From: Pseudovirgaria hyperparasitica
Lineage: Eukaryota
DNA: 64,000 bases
Assembly (NCBI GenBank): GCA_010093815.1
Contig: ML996567.1
Reading direction: 5' to 3' (one strand)
Within the stretch, counting starts at the first letter, position 1. The number at the start of each line of letters is the position of its first letter. This document shows positions 49,957-63,573 of this stretch, piece after piece. The position numbers and the translations under genes were made by a program. Below the pieces are notes generated by a model, which saw only the letters and a list, made by a program, of their open reading frames with translations, was not told the origin of the DNA and searched no databases.

Positions 49957-52900
49957 TCATTTTTCGTCTTTCGAGCTCTTCCCCAGGTCATTATCTTCTT
50001 CCGAACTTGACCTCGGATCCTTCTTTAGTCTTACCAAATGTTCTCTACAATTATCCGCGAGGCGAGTATTCGGAATAGACTCCAGATCACGCGTAGATAT
50101 ACAGGCTTCCAGCAAGGAAATTGCTTCAGAGAGGCGGCCGAGGTATTCGTATACATGAGCCAGGAGGTACATGACATTCCCACTTTCGAGCTCATCACTC
50201 CTTGATACATGTCTATAACCCTCAATCACGGCGATTCCGAGCCTCTCAGCCTGGACAAGGTCCCCACGAAGCACGCTATGTTCCATGCAAACTTTCAGGG
50301 TATCAAGTGTGTCCGGATGGTCGTCACCCAATATCCTTCTTTGAGATTCCAAGACCCTTGTGAGTATCTGCCCACTCTCAACAAGTCGGCCCATTATTAG
50401 ATAGCAGTGAGCAAGGGCAGACAATATTTGTAAACAGCTGGGATGTTCTGCACCAAGTTCAGATTGCAAAAACGGCGTAACTCCTTCGAATATCTGGGAT
50501 GCGGTCTCAAACTCGCCGAGGGTCTTCTGTAGCAAACCAAGATTCAACTGGTGAGTTAAAAATGTACGATATGCCACGCCTAACGACGTAGACAAGATTT
50601 CCGAATTTTGCACACACATCGCCTTCGCTTCTCTATGTCTAGAAGAAGATTCACTACGACGATCCAACCATTCCACGGTGTTGAAGGTGCATATGGGCGA
50701 TAAACGATAGAGCTTTTTCGACTCCCTAAGCACAAACTGCCCAATCTCACGACCTTTATCCTTTTTGCCTAGGTGGTAGCATACCTCGGCGTGATCTGCC
50801 ATATAAGACAATGTAGTTTCGTCTATTCCAAACTTCCTCTTTGAGACTTCGACGATTTCAGAGATAAGATGCTCGGCTTCCCTAAAACGACCGTTGCGGG
50901 CATGAATCTCTACCATCATAGATTTTGCTTCGAGGGTATAAATATGGTCATAGCCTTCTTTCCGTTGTCTCCGGTCGATGATCTGTGAAACTAGATCCTC
51001 TATTTCTCCAGATCTGCCTTGGCGAATCAGACACAATGCCAAAGTAGTCATGCCATTAGTTGTACTTGATGCATCGTATCTATCACTATCAGGCTCCAAC
51101 TCCAGGGCTCTCCATGCTTTAAGGGACCTAAGCTCGGCTTCGCGATATCTGCCATCACTTTTCAGATAATGACCAAGCCTCCAGGTAAGGTTTAGATGTA
51201 ACTCGTCAGACACAGAAATCTTATCCAAGTCAAGTACGTGTCCCATGTGACCGAGAAACTGCCTCCAAACATGTCTGTTCTCGTATCCCATTGGAACGAC
51301 CTCGTCTAGACGTTCAAGTGCCTTGCGGGTAAAGCCACGACTCAGGTCTCTGTCTTTCAACCATTTCCAAGTAGCATGATGGACTAGCCTATGTAGATTG
51401 TATGTATTTGATGTGGTCTTCATGAGGAATGAGTAGGCAGTGAGTGTTCCGATAGCATCAAGCTGTTTCTTTTTCGAGGGACCGGCTGGAAGAAACGAAT
51501 GAGGTATGTCCTTGTGTTCAAGGCAAGCCATCAGCGAGAGGTATTCGGCAGCCAGATTGTCAGTTGCTCTAATGCGCTCAAACGATATGAGCCATGTCGC
51601 TGCTATTGGGTTCCTGGCGGTCTCATATCGTCCTTGGTCCTCAAACTCCTCACTTAGAAGTTCTATAGCGGTGTCGTCTTGCTCTTGGAATAGAGTCAGG
51701 TATGTTGCGATTGAGACGTCGTTGGAATTCAGATATGCCGCTGCTTGCGAAAGTGCCAGCGGCAAATGTGTCAGCAGCTCACCGAGAGCTTCCAATTCAC
51801 TCTCACAGGGCCGATCTACATCCTCTGTGTGTATAAGGCTTTTACGTAATAGCTCCACAGAAAAGCTGGGCTCTAAGCCTTTTAAAACTATCACTTCGCT
51901 CTCAGCCAACTTCACTGCAACCTTCTTGTCTCGTGATGTGAAAAGAATGCTACCAAGGGCACTCTTGGGCAAACAGTGAATGAGTCGTTTTCCAGCGTGA
52001 CGATCGCTTTGTTTGTCAGTCCATGTCTCCATCGAGTCCGCGTTGTCGAATATCATCAACCATCGTCCAGTTTCAACCCTGCTCATGTGCATTTGTACAA
52101 GTAATTTCAAGTCAGTGGAACTATTACGGCGTCCAGGTACGTCAAGCTCGTCCGCTAAAGAGCTGTAAGCTCGGTCGAGACTCTCCGTATTGGTCATAGG
52201 AATCCAAAATATTGCGCAGTCAGGGTAGAGCTCAGCTGCTCGATAGGCAAGCTCGATCGCAACTTGCGTTTTACCAATGCCCCCTAATCCGACGATCGCT
52301 GCTCTGCTAGTCTCTGTACCACGGAATAGCATTCCACTCACTTGCGATAGGTCATGTTCGCGCCCAGTAAATCGTGAATTTCGTTCGAATGGCACCATGA
52401 AGGGGCGCCTCCGGGCTATTAGATTGTCATCAGAATTCACTCAATCTATAGGTGATACAACATACCGGGTGCGGTAATAAGATGGTCTGCCTCAGATATC
52501 TCTTTCCTCAACCGCCTCATTGCATGCTCTTCCCCCTCACCGTAGATGAGCGGAAGATAAATATTGCACAGTCCAAGTAAAGAGTAAACCTTGTCTTCCG
52601 ATTTTGTCGCCTGGCGCGTCTCGCACCAGCGGATTCGGTCATCAATACTATATTGAAGAAAGTTGCCATTCGATAAGACTGCGTTGTCAATTGAAGTGAT
52701 TCGTCTTAGGTTCTCGGCGAGAAAGACTTTGTCCCCCAGATACACGTGCTCACGAGAGTAGAACTCGACACTTCGTGGCGCAATCAGTTCTTGAAGTGTC
52801 CAAGCCCTTGTATGCCAGCGACTGCTTTCAAAAGAAGGTAACCATTCTTCTCGCGATAGCTGTCGTTCTCCGGCACGGATGGAGACATCCGTGAGGTAGA

Positions 52901-53222
52901 CGTAGCATCTTTCAGCCCGTTGGTACCAACGAAACATAGAGTTGATAGCCTCCTGTAACTCTGTGCTGTTGGACTTATCAATACAGCATGCGTCGACCCA
53001 GAAGTACGTCAAATCGTGTCTCATAGCCTGATTGTGACAGAACAGCAACTTTTCATACCCAGGTTTGTTCAATCCAGTACCATCCAGTACGTCTCTGTAA
53101 GTCACCTCGTAGTCCTCGAGTCGTCCCCAGGTATGGGAAAGGATGGCATAAGGAGGAACCTGATCTTCGCTGTACGTTTTCAGCTGCAGACCACCATCCG
53201 GAGCTACACTTAGGAGTCGCAT
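49957..53222 (-). CDS. Fungal NLR-like protein, HET - NB-ARC - TPR (two exons, intron 52416-52465)
   Basis: HET domain (MRLL, PPYAILSHTWG, YFWVDACCIDK, AINSMFRWY, SRWHTRAWTLQEL); in-frame gtatgt...tag intron; P-loop GLGGIGKT, Walker B WLMIFDNAD, LPLALSQAAAY, LHRLVH; C-terminal TPR-like repeats (LGAEHP, LGDDHPDTL). Confidence 0.92.
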
Positions 53223-53606
53223 TGTTGTGTTGTCGCCCGTGACAACGACAGGTGTTGGATGAAGGAGTAGTCGCAATTGACCCAGGCAGAAAGCTTAGAT
53301 GGATCAATGTTAATGGTCATAGTCTTTGGGGACGAGTATTCAGCTGATCGATGAAAATGAGGGGTAGTCATGCAACGAAGCGGCGCAGTGTCATGGATCC
53401 ATGCCTGGCACTCAACCACTTAGATACGACCACGTCTGTTCATACAACAATAGATGCCTGGAAAGACGCCTGCATTACATGCAGTTCGATCGTCGAGCAC
53501 AACAGACGAGCTTCGAGCAACTACAAAACACAATCGACCCCTTTATACTGGCAATAATGATAATCAGATATTACAAAGCTTGAGATGGGATCACAGCCTC
53601 GTTCGT

Positions 53607-55567
53607 CTACTTTATACTTATATCCGTCGGAGCCGCAACCGCCGTGTACAGTGTTGAGGGCACAGACGTAGCCTCAGCCCTCGCTTGAATCTTGGTAGCC
53701 CAATAACCTGCTACGGCTGCCTCGGCCTCGGGGATCCTATCATAAGGATGTAATATCGCCATCGACTTGACGGAGTCATCAACCCTGTCATTTGTCCAAT
53801 ACGCAGCATCATAAGGCTTAGCTCGCCATCTTTCCTCCATTGGGTCGATGAAGTGCGTTTCATTGTACCCAAGATCGGTCAACATAGTGACGTTGAAAGC
53901 CGCCATCATTTCATGGTCTTCGTGGATCAAATTGTGGCAGTGAAACATATACAGACCGTCGTGTGGACCGTAGACGGCTGTGATGATTAGTTAGTATCGT
54001 CATTGTGTATCCTTGTAAGACGGACGTACCTTCGACGGTCACTGTCTCGCCTTCTGCGAGCCAGACAACATCCTTAAGTCCTGCAGCTTCAAATGGTAGA
54101 ACCCCTCGGCCCTTACCGCCAGTTCGCTTCATGATCTTCATATCGATCAAGTGGATGTGGATCGGGTGCGTCCACCCACCAGATGAGTTCTCCAGTTCCC
54201 AAATCTCCGTAGTACCTCGTTGCGGCTTTGCTAGTACGCGATTATTCGGGTCTGCGAATGTGACGCCATTAATCTGCCATTGACCATTGCTACGATGGAA
54301 CTTGAAGTGATGGTCGACGCCTGTTTTATCCTTCGGATATGGCACATCTCGAAGCCTGGTGGGTAGAGCACCATTATTCGCACTGTCAGACACTGTAGTG
54401 CCTACATTGAATTGCATCACCTTATCTGTATGGAGATAATCTGTGTCGGCCCCAACGTCACGACTGTTCCGCAAGGTGATGTTTTGACCAGAGTAAGCCG
54501 CAAAATCAATCACAATCTCCCATCTTTCCGCCATTGAGATAGGCAGATCAGTTGTTGCGACTGGATTAGTGAGGAGTCCAGCATCAGAACCGACGACACT
54601 GAAACCAAGCTTCTTGCCTGTAGCGGTTGATTTCTCAATATACATGTTGAATGTGCGAGAAATTGCAGCATTCAGGAACCGAAAACGGTATTTCCTAGGC
54701 TCTACTTTCATGTACGGCCATGGCTGTCCATTTACATGTATGACATCGCCATACAAGCTAGTCTCCTCGTTTGCTGGGGAGTAGAGTGTGCCGTCTTTGT
54801 TGTATTGTTTGGCACTCAAGGCGAGTGGAATATCATAGTTACCTGATGGGAGACCATATTTGTCATCATCAGGGTCATGCTGTTATTCAATCAGTACCGA
54901 AAGGTCCTATGAGAAGAATGATAAGACTTACCAAGATGTAAAATCCAGCTTGTCCAAAGTAAGCATTCTCGGCAGTATGGTCGATCGCGTGATCATGATA
55001 CCAGAGGGTTCGTCCAGCTTGTCTATTTGGATAGTAATAGTCCTTATATGATCCGACGGGTGTGATGCTATATTCACGTCAGATCAGAGATGTCATATCA
55101 TTCATTTATTTTAGTCGCTTACTCTTCAGCCCACCCATCCCAAGGCGACCTACTGTAGGATCCGTGCAAATGTACCGAGTTTGCTAATCGACCATGGTTG
55201 ATGAAACGGACCACAGACTCACGACCTTTCTCCATGCGAAAAGTCGGCCCTGGAGATATGCCATCGTACCCCCAAAGCTTCGCTTTCCCCAACTTTGGGT
55301 AAACTTGCTGCTCCAACGGGAGTATATCGACCTCATAGAAATCAATAGGTGCTCCAGTATCTGGGTTTGTAATTGTCCTGTATCGAAAGTCAGTCAGGTA
55401 AGCGAGGCTGATGTAAGTCTGTACCTTTTCGGGATTTTAGTGGGTGGGACCGGTAAGGGATATTGATATAATGATGTGTAGGCAGGACTTTCCCAGTCTT
55501 TGGCAAAAGACGAAGTCATCAACAAAGAGCTGAGGAAAGCGATTCGTGGCAATGACAAGGTAGGCAT
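53607..55567 (-). CDS. Secreted multicopper oxidase, bilirubin-oxidase/CotA-like (multi-exon)
   Basis: Signal-peptide-like N-terminus; copper motifs SVHLHG, LWYHDH, HPIHIHL, MFHCHNLIHEDHEMM; about four short introns. Confidence 0.92.
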
Positions 55568-57668
55568 GATGCTGAAGTAACACTCTGAAGTGGTTTGAAA
55601 CATCAACACTGTATGGTTTGTAGATATTGCAAAGTAACTCAAACATATTTCGGTAGGCATCCTGGACCTTTATATTTACTAGCATAGACTTTACTGTGGA
55701 CTCAACAATCGTCTGATCGAGAACCCTAAAAGGGATCATACATGAAACCCTTCTCCCTGTAGCGAAACGCCAGATTCAACCTCGTTTCTGCAAATGTGGG
55801 ACGATGGCGGTGGCACTGAACACAAGGAGTCAGTGATTGAGGGCTGAAAAATCGTGTAAGATTTGTTTACAGTCAAGCCAGACCCATTCGTGGCGGGCGA
55901 AGTCCTTGGCATGGCGTGCATAGAGTGGAACAGAGTGGTGTCGAATATGGCTGATAAGAGCTTGGACAATATCTTAGCTTTATTGCTGTTAGATTGATCT
56001 TGGAAAAGGATGGACAGGCCCATTACGTGCTGGCAATATCGGAATACATTTGAGATGACATACCGGACACATGCATGAGGTCTTTGATCATGACTTGTGA
56101 CTGCCTACGAAATGGGCTTTCTGAAATGGACTCCATTGTCTGGTCAATTGTTCGATTACCAATCTAGATTTGCAGTATAGCAAGTGTAGGATACCATGCG
56201 AGGCAGGGGCCACAGCACAATTGCCAGCCCAATGACCATGCATTGCTTTAACCGAGCTCTTGAAGGAACTTTGAAAATACTGTGACTGAGAATTGCTGAG
56301 TATGCCGCACATGGAGGTTGCACGGCAGGGTCTATGACTCTATGAGATCTAAGACATGGTCATCAAGTCGTGGGTTGTGTTCTGGAACATCAAGGATTTT
56401 GTCGTATTCTCGCATGATCCATTGCTTGACCAGACCAAGCAAACCTTGGTAAGTGCCATGCGGCGCTTATTCGTGGATCTGGTGATTCGATAATGATCGT
56501 ATCGGGGAGGATGTAGCATTTTATTGTGGAGATGCGAAGTGCAAGGCTGAACAGGACCATTTTTATATGTAGGCTGACTGCTGACGTACAGGGTACAAAG
56601 CCAAGTATTGTGGCCAGGGTCTGGATTCGAAATCTCCATGGAGGGCCGGGCGAGAGAACTGAACCAGCTCGTCTCGCAATGAACTACCATAGTACTGATG
56701 GCAGAGTCATGTAGACCTTCATAGGTGGCTATTATCCCCAACTCGAGGGTTGCACAGTGCCTCCGGACAATTGTTGAAACATAAGACACCAGCGGAGCCG
56801 CATGCTATGAACAACGGTGAACTGTTTGGGCTTCGGTTCAGTGGCCCACCTGAGATAGCGAGATCTGCACTGTCTTCCAGCCAAGTCGCAGCAGACACGT
56901 CGTATGCGCATAGTGAAGGTAGGTCGCGAGCTCGCAACCAGATGTATAGTCATGTATCACAGCCCGAGTTTCACGTCTAGCAGCTCTGGCACCCGAAATA
57001 CCATGACCTGTCCAAGCATAGGCTGGTAGCCGCTCTCGTATGAATTATTCGTGGACACGAGCCGTCGATCTCACCCTTTGCGCATTACAGGGGTATCTGG
57101 AGAGTTGCTTGCTCGGGTCAGCCGCAATGCACCCCAAAGGAGACAAGGGAGGATGCGGACGTGTCTGACGGAAACGTAGCATGGGTTTGCCACCTCTAGG
57201 ATGCTGTCGCTCTCTTCAGATTATGATATCCGTGAACAAAGTAAGTGTGTTTACTGACCTAAAGTTGGCGAGGTCACCTGGTCTGTGGGACAGTGAAGCG
57301 AAGACGAGGGTATGACGATAGCCTGTATCCCTGTCTTCCAAAAGTGAGCTTTAGCGATGGTGGCTTAATGAGGATCCAGGTGGAGCTACATATACAATAC
57401 TGCCGCGGCTGATGAGATCATGAACGTGAGACAATCTAGAATATCGACTTTCTGCAAGCGCGAGGACGAAAAGATGCCGGTCTAGACTAATTGCTCTTTT
57501 GGTATGCTAGCCAGTTCTTGTGTCTTTAGACTCGTAGCAAATCCTTGAGAGGCTGACACGCATAGATCTGTTGGACATTTCCGATGAAGTGGTTGTGGTT
57601 GGAGAGCATGATCTAATCATCTCTACTGATCTAGATGCTGTGCTGCGCAAGATGTGAGATCGGGCGAT

Positions 57669-58631
57669 CTACTTCCACCATATATAGTCCTTGAATACTT
57701 GCATATGTGGAGACGTAGCTCTCAACCCATGCCAGTGGTCGAAAGCTTTGACAAGGCCGACAAAGTGTATAGCTGCTGCGGCTACCACGAAGCAATGAAA
57801 AATCTGATGACTGGAGCCCCAGATATCAAACTTTCCTGGGAAAAATCGCTCAGGCACGCGGGCTGCATATATGCCGGCCCCGATAATGTACATAGTTCCC
57901 TGACTGATGACCCAACTCAGAGCCATCTGAGTTTCCATCGTTGGCCAACCGTGCAGAAACACTCCGTGGACGACGGGAATGACACCAGTCAAACCTGTCA
58001 GGACAAACATACCCGCGCGGAGTGGTCTGAAGGCGGCAGTGCGGAATCTTGGCATGATACAGAGCATGGCTGTACCAAAACAATTCGCCGTGATGGTTCC
58101 TGTATAGATCTTGACCAGTCGCTCATCTCTCTGGAATCCATAATAGAGAGTCGGAACATAAGAGCCCCAAATCAAACAGAGGATACCTAAGTAATCAAGC
58201 TTGTTTCCGAATGCGGCGACAGAGTGAGAATGATTCGAAATTGTGTGGAACGTTGCAGACATGCCGAGACACGCAGTGGCACCTACAAAGAAGCAGGAAA
58301 AGGCAATGACGTCCTCAGATGTTGCGAGGTCGTACCGGGGCTTGAAGATGTTGTACATGGCGATGGCGCCTATGACGGCTACTACAGCTCCAAGAAGATG
58401 GGTGTAGATATTGACAGTCTCATTGTGTATATATCCCAGGCTACCAAACGACCGAGAAAAGGAATTGCTTGCCGGACGATATCCAGACCAGATGTAATGG
58501 TTATCCTGCTGCCATTCTTCTATCTCGGGCCACAAAACTGTTAAGCGATCTTCGATCTTTGCTGTTGTCTTTTGTGCTATATTAGAGAGTGACTCAACGG
58601 CCTCTTTGCTGGCCGCAGTCATAGCGTCCAT
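57669..58631 (-). CDS. PAQR / hemolysin-III (Izh, adiponectin-receptor-like) membrane protein
   Basis: WQQDNHYIWSGYR, HNETVNIYTH, SATFHT, KLDYLGI, PERFFPGKFDIWGSSHQIFH motifs; seven hydrophobic segments. Confidence 0.95.
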   Translation of the reverse strand: MDAMTAASKEAVESLSNIAQKTTAKIEDRLTVLWPEIEEWQQDNHYIWSGYRPASNSFSRSFGSLGYIHNETVNIYTHLLGAVVAVIGAIAMYNIFKPRYDLATSEDVIAFSCFFVGATACLGMSATFHTISNHSHSVAAFGNKLDYLGILCLIWGSYVPTLYYGFQRDERLVKIYTGTITANCFGTAMLCIMPRFRTAAFRPLRAGMFVLTGLTGVIPVVHGVFLHGWPTMETQMALSWVISQGTMYIIGAGIYAARVPERFFPGKFDIWGSSHQIFHCFVVAAAAIHFVGLVKAFDHWHGLRATSPHMQVFKDYIWWK

Positions 58632-59406
58632 GCTCTAGTCTAGTTGGAACGATCTGTAACGTGATTGAGTGGGTCCAAGTGGTTGGACAAGGAGTTTTGA
58701 TATTGATGCTTTTAGTATCATCTAGAATAAGAGGTCCTGGAGTAGGTGATTTTGATTAGGTACTCTTCAGACATCCATGTATCTGAGACCTGTTGGGAAT
58801 AGGAGTTGTTGGGACAGAGCGGAGGCATACGCGTTCCGCCAATCCAGACGTCGAAAAAAAGAGATCGGCTTGTACCAGATGCAGTGAAAGATCGCAAAGC
58901 TGCCTGTAGAAGAGCTGTCTAGAGAGCATCATATATGGACCGCGGAGGAGTATTAGGGCTAATCATTGCGGCACGTGCGAAATGTGAAAGTGCTCTAGCG
59001 TGCACGCCTTAACTCCGATAACGGCATGTTCTGCCTCAGGCACTACAATGAACAATGTCGAAAAATATATACAAAAGGAGAAACAACATATCGAGGGGCA
59101 GATCTGAACACGGATGTTCATCACTCTCGATCCCCTACGACCGCCTAGCCGAATAAAAGTATCTATTGAATCCCGGTGACCGATGATTACCCAGCTTTTT
59201 ACATGAAATATAAAAGGTAGTTTCTAAACGTGCGCCTAAGGCACGAAGATTAGTCTGACCTTCCTCCGCAACCTACAACACCCGTGGACACTACCTATTT
59301 CGGAGTCACGCAGAAGACATAGCGTTTGTCGCAGTCGTGAAAGACATTCTATATGCGTCCCAATGAGCCATAAACTTGAACCGCGCGTCAGTGTTATCTC
59401 CAGACT

Positions 59407-60483
59407 ATGGCTGCACAGCAAAGACCCAGTGGACGACGAGGTCCACCGTCCGGGGGTGGCAGTCGATGGCGCGAGTTTTCTCAGCTTAATCGTCTCAAAC
59501 CAGTGGTCACTGATCCATTGGAAGAGTATGGGTTACCTTCGAAAGGAGAGACAAGGTGGCTCAATTCTGCTGCGTCCAAGCTAGTCTCGGTCAAGATCTA
59601 ACTTGCAGACAGACTTCATACGTTCAACAAGCAAGAGGAGTTCTATAAGACAATTGTGACGCGTTACATGCAACTATGTGCTGAATCTGGCGGTGGTGAT
59701 GAGTTGACAAACCTATTTGCAGCGATATCGCTGGTCCCCGTCGAAGACACAGGTGAAAGCGAAAGCAGTGGTATCTCTGCCTGCTCATCGTCCAGCTCTG
59801 TTACATCCTCTCGTCCTGTATCGGCCCACTCGAACACAACGACGTTCTCGATGTCATCTCGACAGGAACCACAAGGCAAACGAACACTGACTGTGGAGCT
59901 CAACATGATCCTCTCAGCGATGCGTAAACTCCGTGAAGCTATAGTAGCATCGCACCGTGTCGACAACTTCGCTCAACGAGCATACATCTTCATAATACAC
60001 GCCTCTATACTTGTACAGTCCTTCGAGTCATATCATCCGGCCCTTCTATATCTCTTGAAACACATCCATCCTCGCTCTCCGCTCTCAGAGCCTGAGCTCC
60101 ACGAGTTCGCGGGCTACTACATCCTTGACCAAGCCTGTCGGCTCAGTGACATCACAGCTGCACACGCAACAAGGATTGAATACCAGTACCGCGATAGAAG
60201 AGTAGAGGGGGTCCTGAGAGCGCTCACAACCGATAATTGGGTCAGATTCTGGAAGCTAAGAAGAGCTATCGATGGCTATCAGGCCAAGTTGCTTGCTCCC
60301 GCCGAGGACAGAATGAGACTCCACGTCCTGAAATGCTTTGGACGAAGCTATATCAGCGTGGAAAAGCCTTTTGTGGAACGGAGTGTGGAAGCGACCTGGG
60401 ACGAGTTGGTAGGGCAAGGTGTAGGCTGGCAGTTGGACGAGTCGACGAACAAGGTTGTGATCAGGCGTCCTAAGGCGAAGTGA
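59407..60483 (+). CDS. Conserved fungal protein, probable PCI-like (SAC3/GANP or CSN8/eIF3K-type) C-terminal region; one intron near 59556-59612
   Basis: Exon 1 ends LPSKGETR at gtggct; ctaac..cag acceptor; exon 2 contains MRKLREAIVAS, YHPALLYLL, DNWVRFWKL. Confidence 0.7.
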
Positions 60484-60714
60484 GCAGATGACCCGGTATC
60501 GCCTAGCACTGCTACATGGACCATGTTCTGCAATGTCCATCGAATAATACTCTCTCGGTTGACAAAATACCGTAAGTCTAGGCCACGGTCAAAGCCGACG
60601 CACCTCTATGAGAAATCGGCTGATAGAGAACACCAGGCCTTTGCCACAATCCATCGAGGATGCTTGAATCATGACAGAACGGTGTTTGCATTTATACAAC
60701 TCCAACGATGGTCA

Positions 60715-62239
60715 TTAAGCCTCGTCTTCATTCTCGTCTACGTCTGTAACGTCATCCTCCTCCTCCTCCTCCTCCTCCTCCTCCTCCTCCTCCAATTCCA
60801 CGCCCCCCGCATCCTCATCCCACTCGTCGTCATCCAGATCTGGATCATAATCCTGCATGTCCTCGTCTTGATCCTCCGTGTTATCCTTCCCCTTTGCACC
60901 TCTCTCCTTCTTTTTCCGTTCGATGTTTTCTTTTTGTATCCTCTTCCGCTCTGCCTTCTCTTCGTGGCGCTTCTCCCATAGTTTGTCCATCTTTTGAATC
61001 TCCTCCCTCGACTTCTCAATGTACTCATGCCAGAGCACCTTTCCGGTACACATATCGTCCTCGACCTTTGTCAGTCGAAGCCTCATTCGCGGACCTAGTT
61101 CAATAAGTTTTACAGCCCGTCGTTCGACCTGGCTTTGCACGCGACGCAATTGTGGATTCTCCTCTGCCGCCAGTTGCTCCCGTTGCTTTTGTAGGTCTCG
61201 CCTGTTCAGCACCTTCTTTGTCACATTCGACAAGACTTCGACCTCTGCGTCCGTCTCGATTTCGGTGTCCGAAGCTGACGTATACCCTGCTCCCGACGGA
61301 TCCAGCATGAAATCTGCTACATCCTCCAGATTCCCTAGATTTGGTAGACCCTTCTTTTTTTTCTCTTGCGACCTCTTCAAATTTTTGGCTGCATTTAAGC
61401 GCTTTATAGCTTTGGAAAGGCCGGTCTGCTTTGTAGTTATGGCATAGTGTCGCAGACTGATTATGTATGTACCATCATCTTCAGGTGAAGGCTCGCGATT
61501 CAACAAGAGGACTCGGCGGATCGAAGATAGGGGTGTATTTTGCGGCGCGATTGGGGGAAAGAGAGACTGAAACATTTCGGTGACGAGGCGCTCGAGGTGA
61601 CGCGGTACGGAGGGATTGGTAGTCGTTTCAGGAGAGAGAAAGTTATTCATAACAAGCTGCAAGCCAGTATCAGTACTTTGTATGGAGCTTCAGTGACGTG
61701 CAGAGCGCAGATAAAAGGACATACTAGTGGCGCTGTAAGGAAGTCATTTGGCCCTGCTGTTCGCGGGTGCTTTTGTGCCTTTATGATATCCTTACATAGC
61801 GAGTACTTTTCTACCCTGAAGTGCAGTGTTGGTCCTCGCGGTGTGCGCGCTAGTCGCATGTTTGTATTGTTATTAGACGATCGCGAGAAGAGGAGTAGAT
61901 GTGAGACGCCTAAAGGTCCGCACATCGTTGTGTAGTCGCGCAATTTGTTTGCGCGGCGTTCCTGTAAACCATATGTTATCTCTGCTCAGGCTTATATGTT
62001 CAAATATGTGCAATTCGTGACAGATGCAGTAAACAGCCAAGGGACATATTGAATACCTTCAAACGACTTGCCGTTCCAGGCTCCATGACATGCCTCACAT
62101 CCTTGACCAACTGGCTCACGCTACTCCCGACCTCGCCAGCGCCAATGCGAATCACCATGCTCTTTGGTGCGCCGTCGCCTGCCTTCTTCAAGCCCCCGTT
62201 AGCCGGGGTCATGGTGCGCTTTTTCCTGCGTTCCGGCAT
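60715..62239 (-). CDS. SSF1: Ribosome biogenesis Brix-domain protein Ssf1/PPAN (three exons)
   Basis: PKSMVIRIG, QLVKDVRHVMEPGTASRLK, GPLGVSHLLLFS, PRGPTLHFRV, LVMNNF, RAVKLIELGPRMRLRLTKVE; acidic tail. Confidence 0.93.
60755..60793. repeat. (CCT)n microsatellite encoding poly-Glu in SSF1
   Basis: About 13 uninterrupted triplets. Confidence 0.9.
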
Positions 62240-63573
62240 TTTGGATATAATGCAATTTAGCTGTGTCGGTGGAAGACTCGGGTACAGTCTTGTGGTTGCG
62301 CAAGTTTGAAACTTTTAGGATATTTTTGCGCACGGACTTTTGATGTCGGAGCGCTAGTGGAGAGGGAACCGACGTCGATTAGAGACCTTTGCCAGTCATC
62401 TTCGCATCACATACTTTATCCTGCAAGGATTTTTTCGTTGGATTAGTCTGAATGTCTAAGAATACTTGACTATCATGGACAGCTCTGCGAGTCTTTCTAT
62501 AATTTAATTTGTCCTTTAAGTATTTTTAAGAGCCCCTTTAGCATTTATACATTTCTAAAAAACCCCATTCAATTGTATTCTTAGTTGTTTTAGGAGTCTC
62601 CACTAGCTAAATTCTATGCTCCTACAGTCCTCTCAGTATTCTTTATTTCCATGCATGAGCTGATCGCTCAATTGATTCTCATTTGAGTCACGACAGCCCA
62701 GCAAATAAGCAGGTAAATGAAATCTCAACCGCATGGGCTCCTATCCTCCCTTGCAAAACTTCCTGATGAATGATCAACTCTGGATGGTAGCCAGACACCC
62801 GAAGAGTCAGCTGTGCTTCTCAGGTGGACTCAGAGATAATGCGGTACGTTTCAAGTCTCATCAGAGCATCCATAACGACTTTCACGCATCATGATAAGTA
62901 AGTATAGAAGCCGTCATTGAGGCTGTATGCCAAAAGCACCAATTCATAAAAGCGAGTGCGCGTGGACCGAAATCTTGAAACTTGGCGGACGATGATGAGT
63001 AACGCTTCATCTACACATTCCCTCAAACCGGGTCATCACACGAAGGAATTCATGAGTGTTCTTGAATCGAGTGGGATACCCGTTGAGTACACAGACCACT
63101 GACGGGATTGGACCAGCTTTGGAAAGTATAGAGAATGAGACTGATCGCTTCTTGTGTTCCGCAAGGAGGACATCATCTTTGGATTAGGTATCCTTAATTC
63201 ACTTTGACGTCGTGGCCATGGGTCCGCGTGGTACGACCAGTCCATCTGACGTGCCTCGCGTAAACAAGGCTCAGGTAGGTGAAGTGAACTGTGACAACAC
63301 TTCATACTACACAATAAGGAGCAGATGTTGCATAATACAAGTCAAAACCATCACAATCCTGCCTCTCTGTTCGTCTCTCTTCTACTTCGTCATCTTCCCA
63401 CATCGTCCTGTAACCAACTCTAACTCGTGCTCGTTTCACGGTACCGCGTCATCAAACAACGTACAGTTCCAGTCTATCTCCTGTACTAGACATTATCTTT
63501 CTTACTTAGGGTAAAATAATGGTGTAGTATATCACTCCAGATGTGAAGATCTGGCCGCTGACACATTATGTAG

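Noticed and set aside
3426..53222. Starship-type giant transposon carrying the NLR and accessory genes
   Set aside because: No tyrosine-recombinase (DUF3435) captain and no short direct-repeat/TIR boundaries seen; the ~195-bp duplication is unlike Starship target repeats
55700..57600. Several 60-146 aa ORFs between the oxidase and PAQR genes
   Set aside because: No motifs, splice logic or coding-like composition; treated as promoter and intergenic DNA
62440..62660. AT-rich patch upstream of SSF1
   Set aside because: Too short, with no match to the repeats in the window; may simply be promoter DNA
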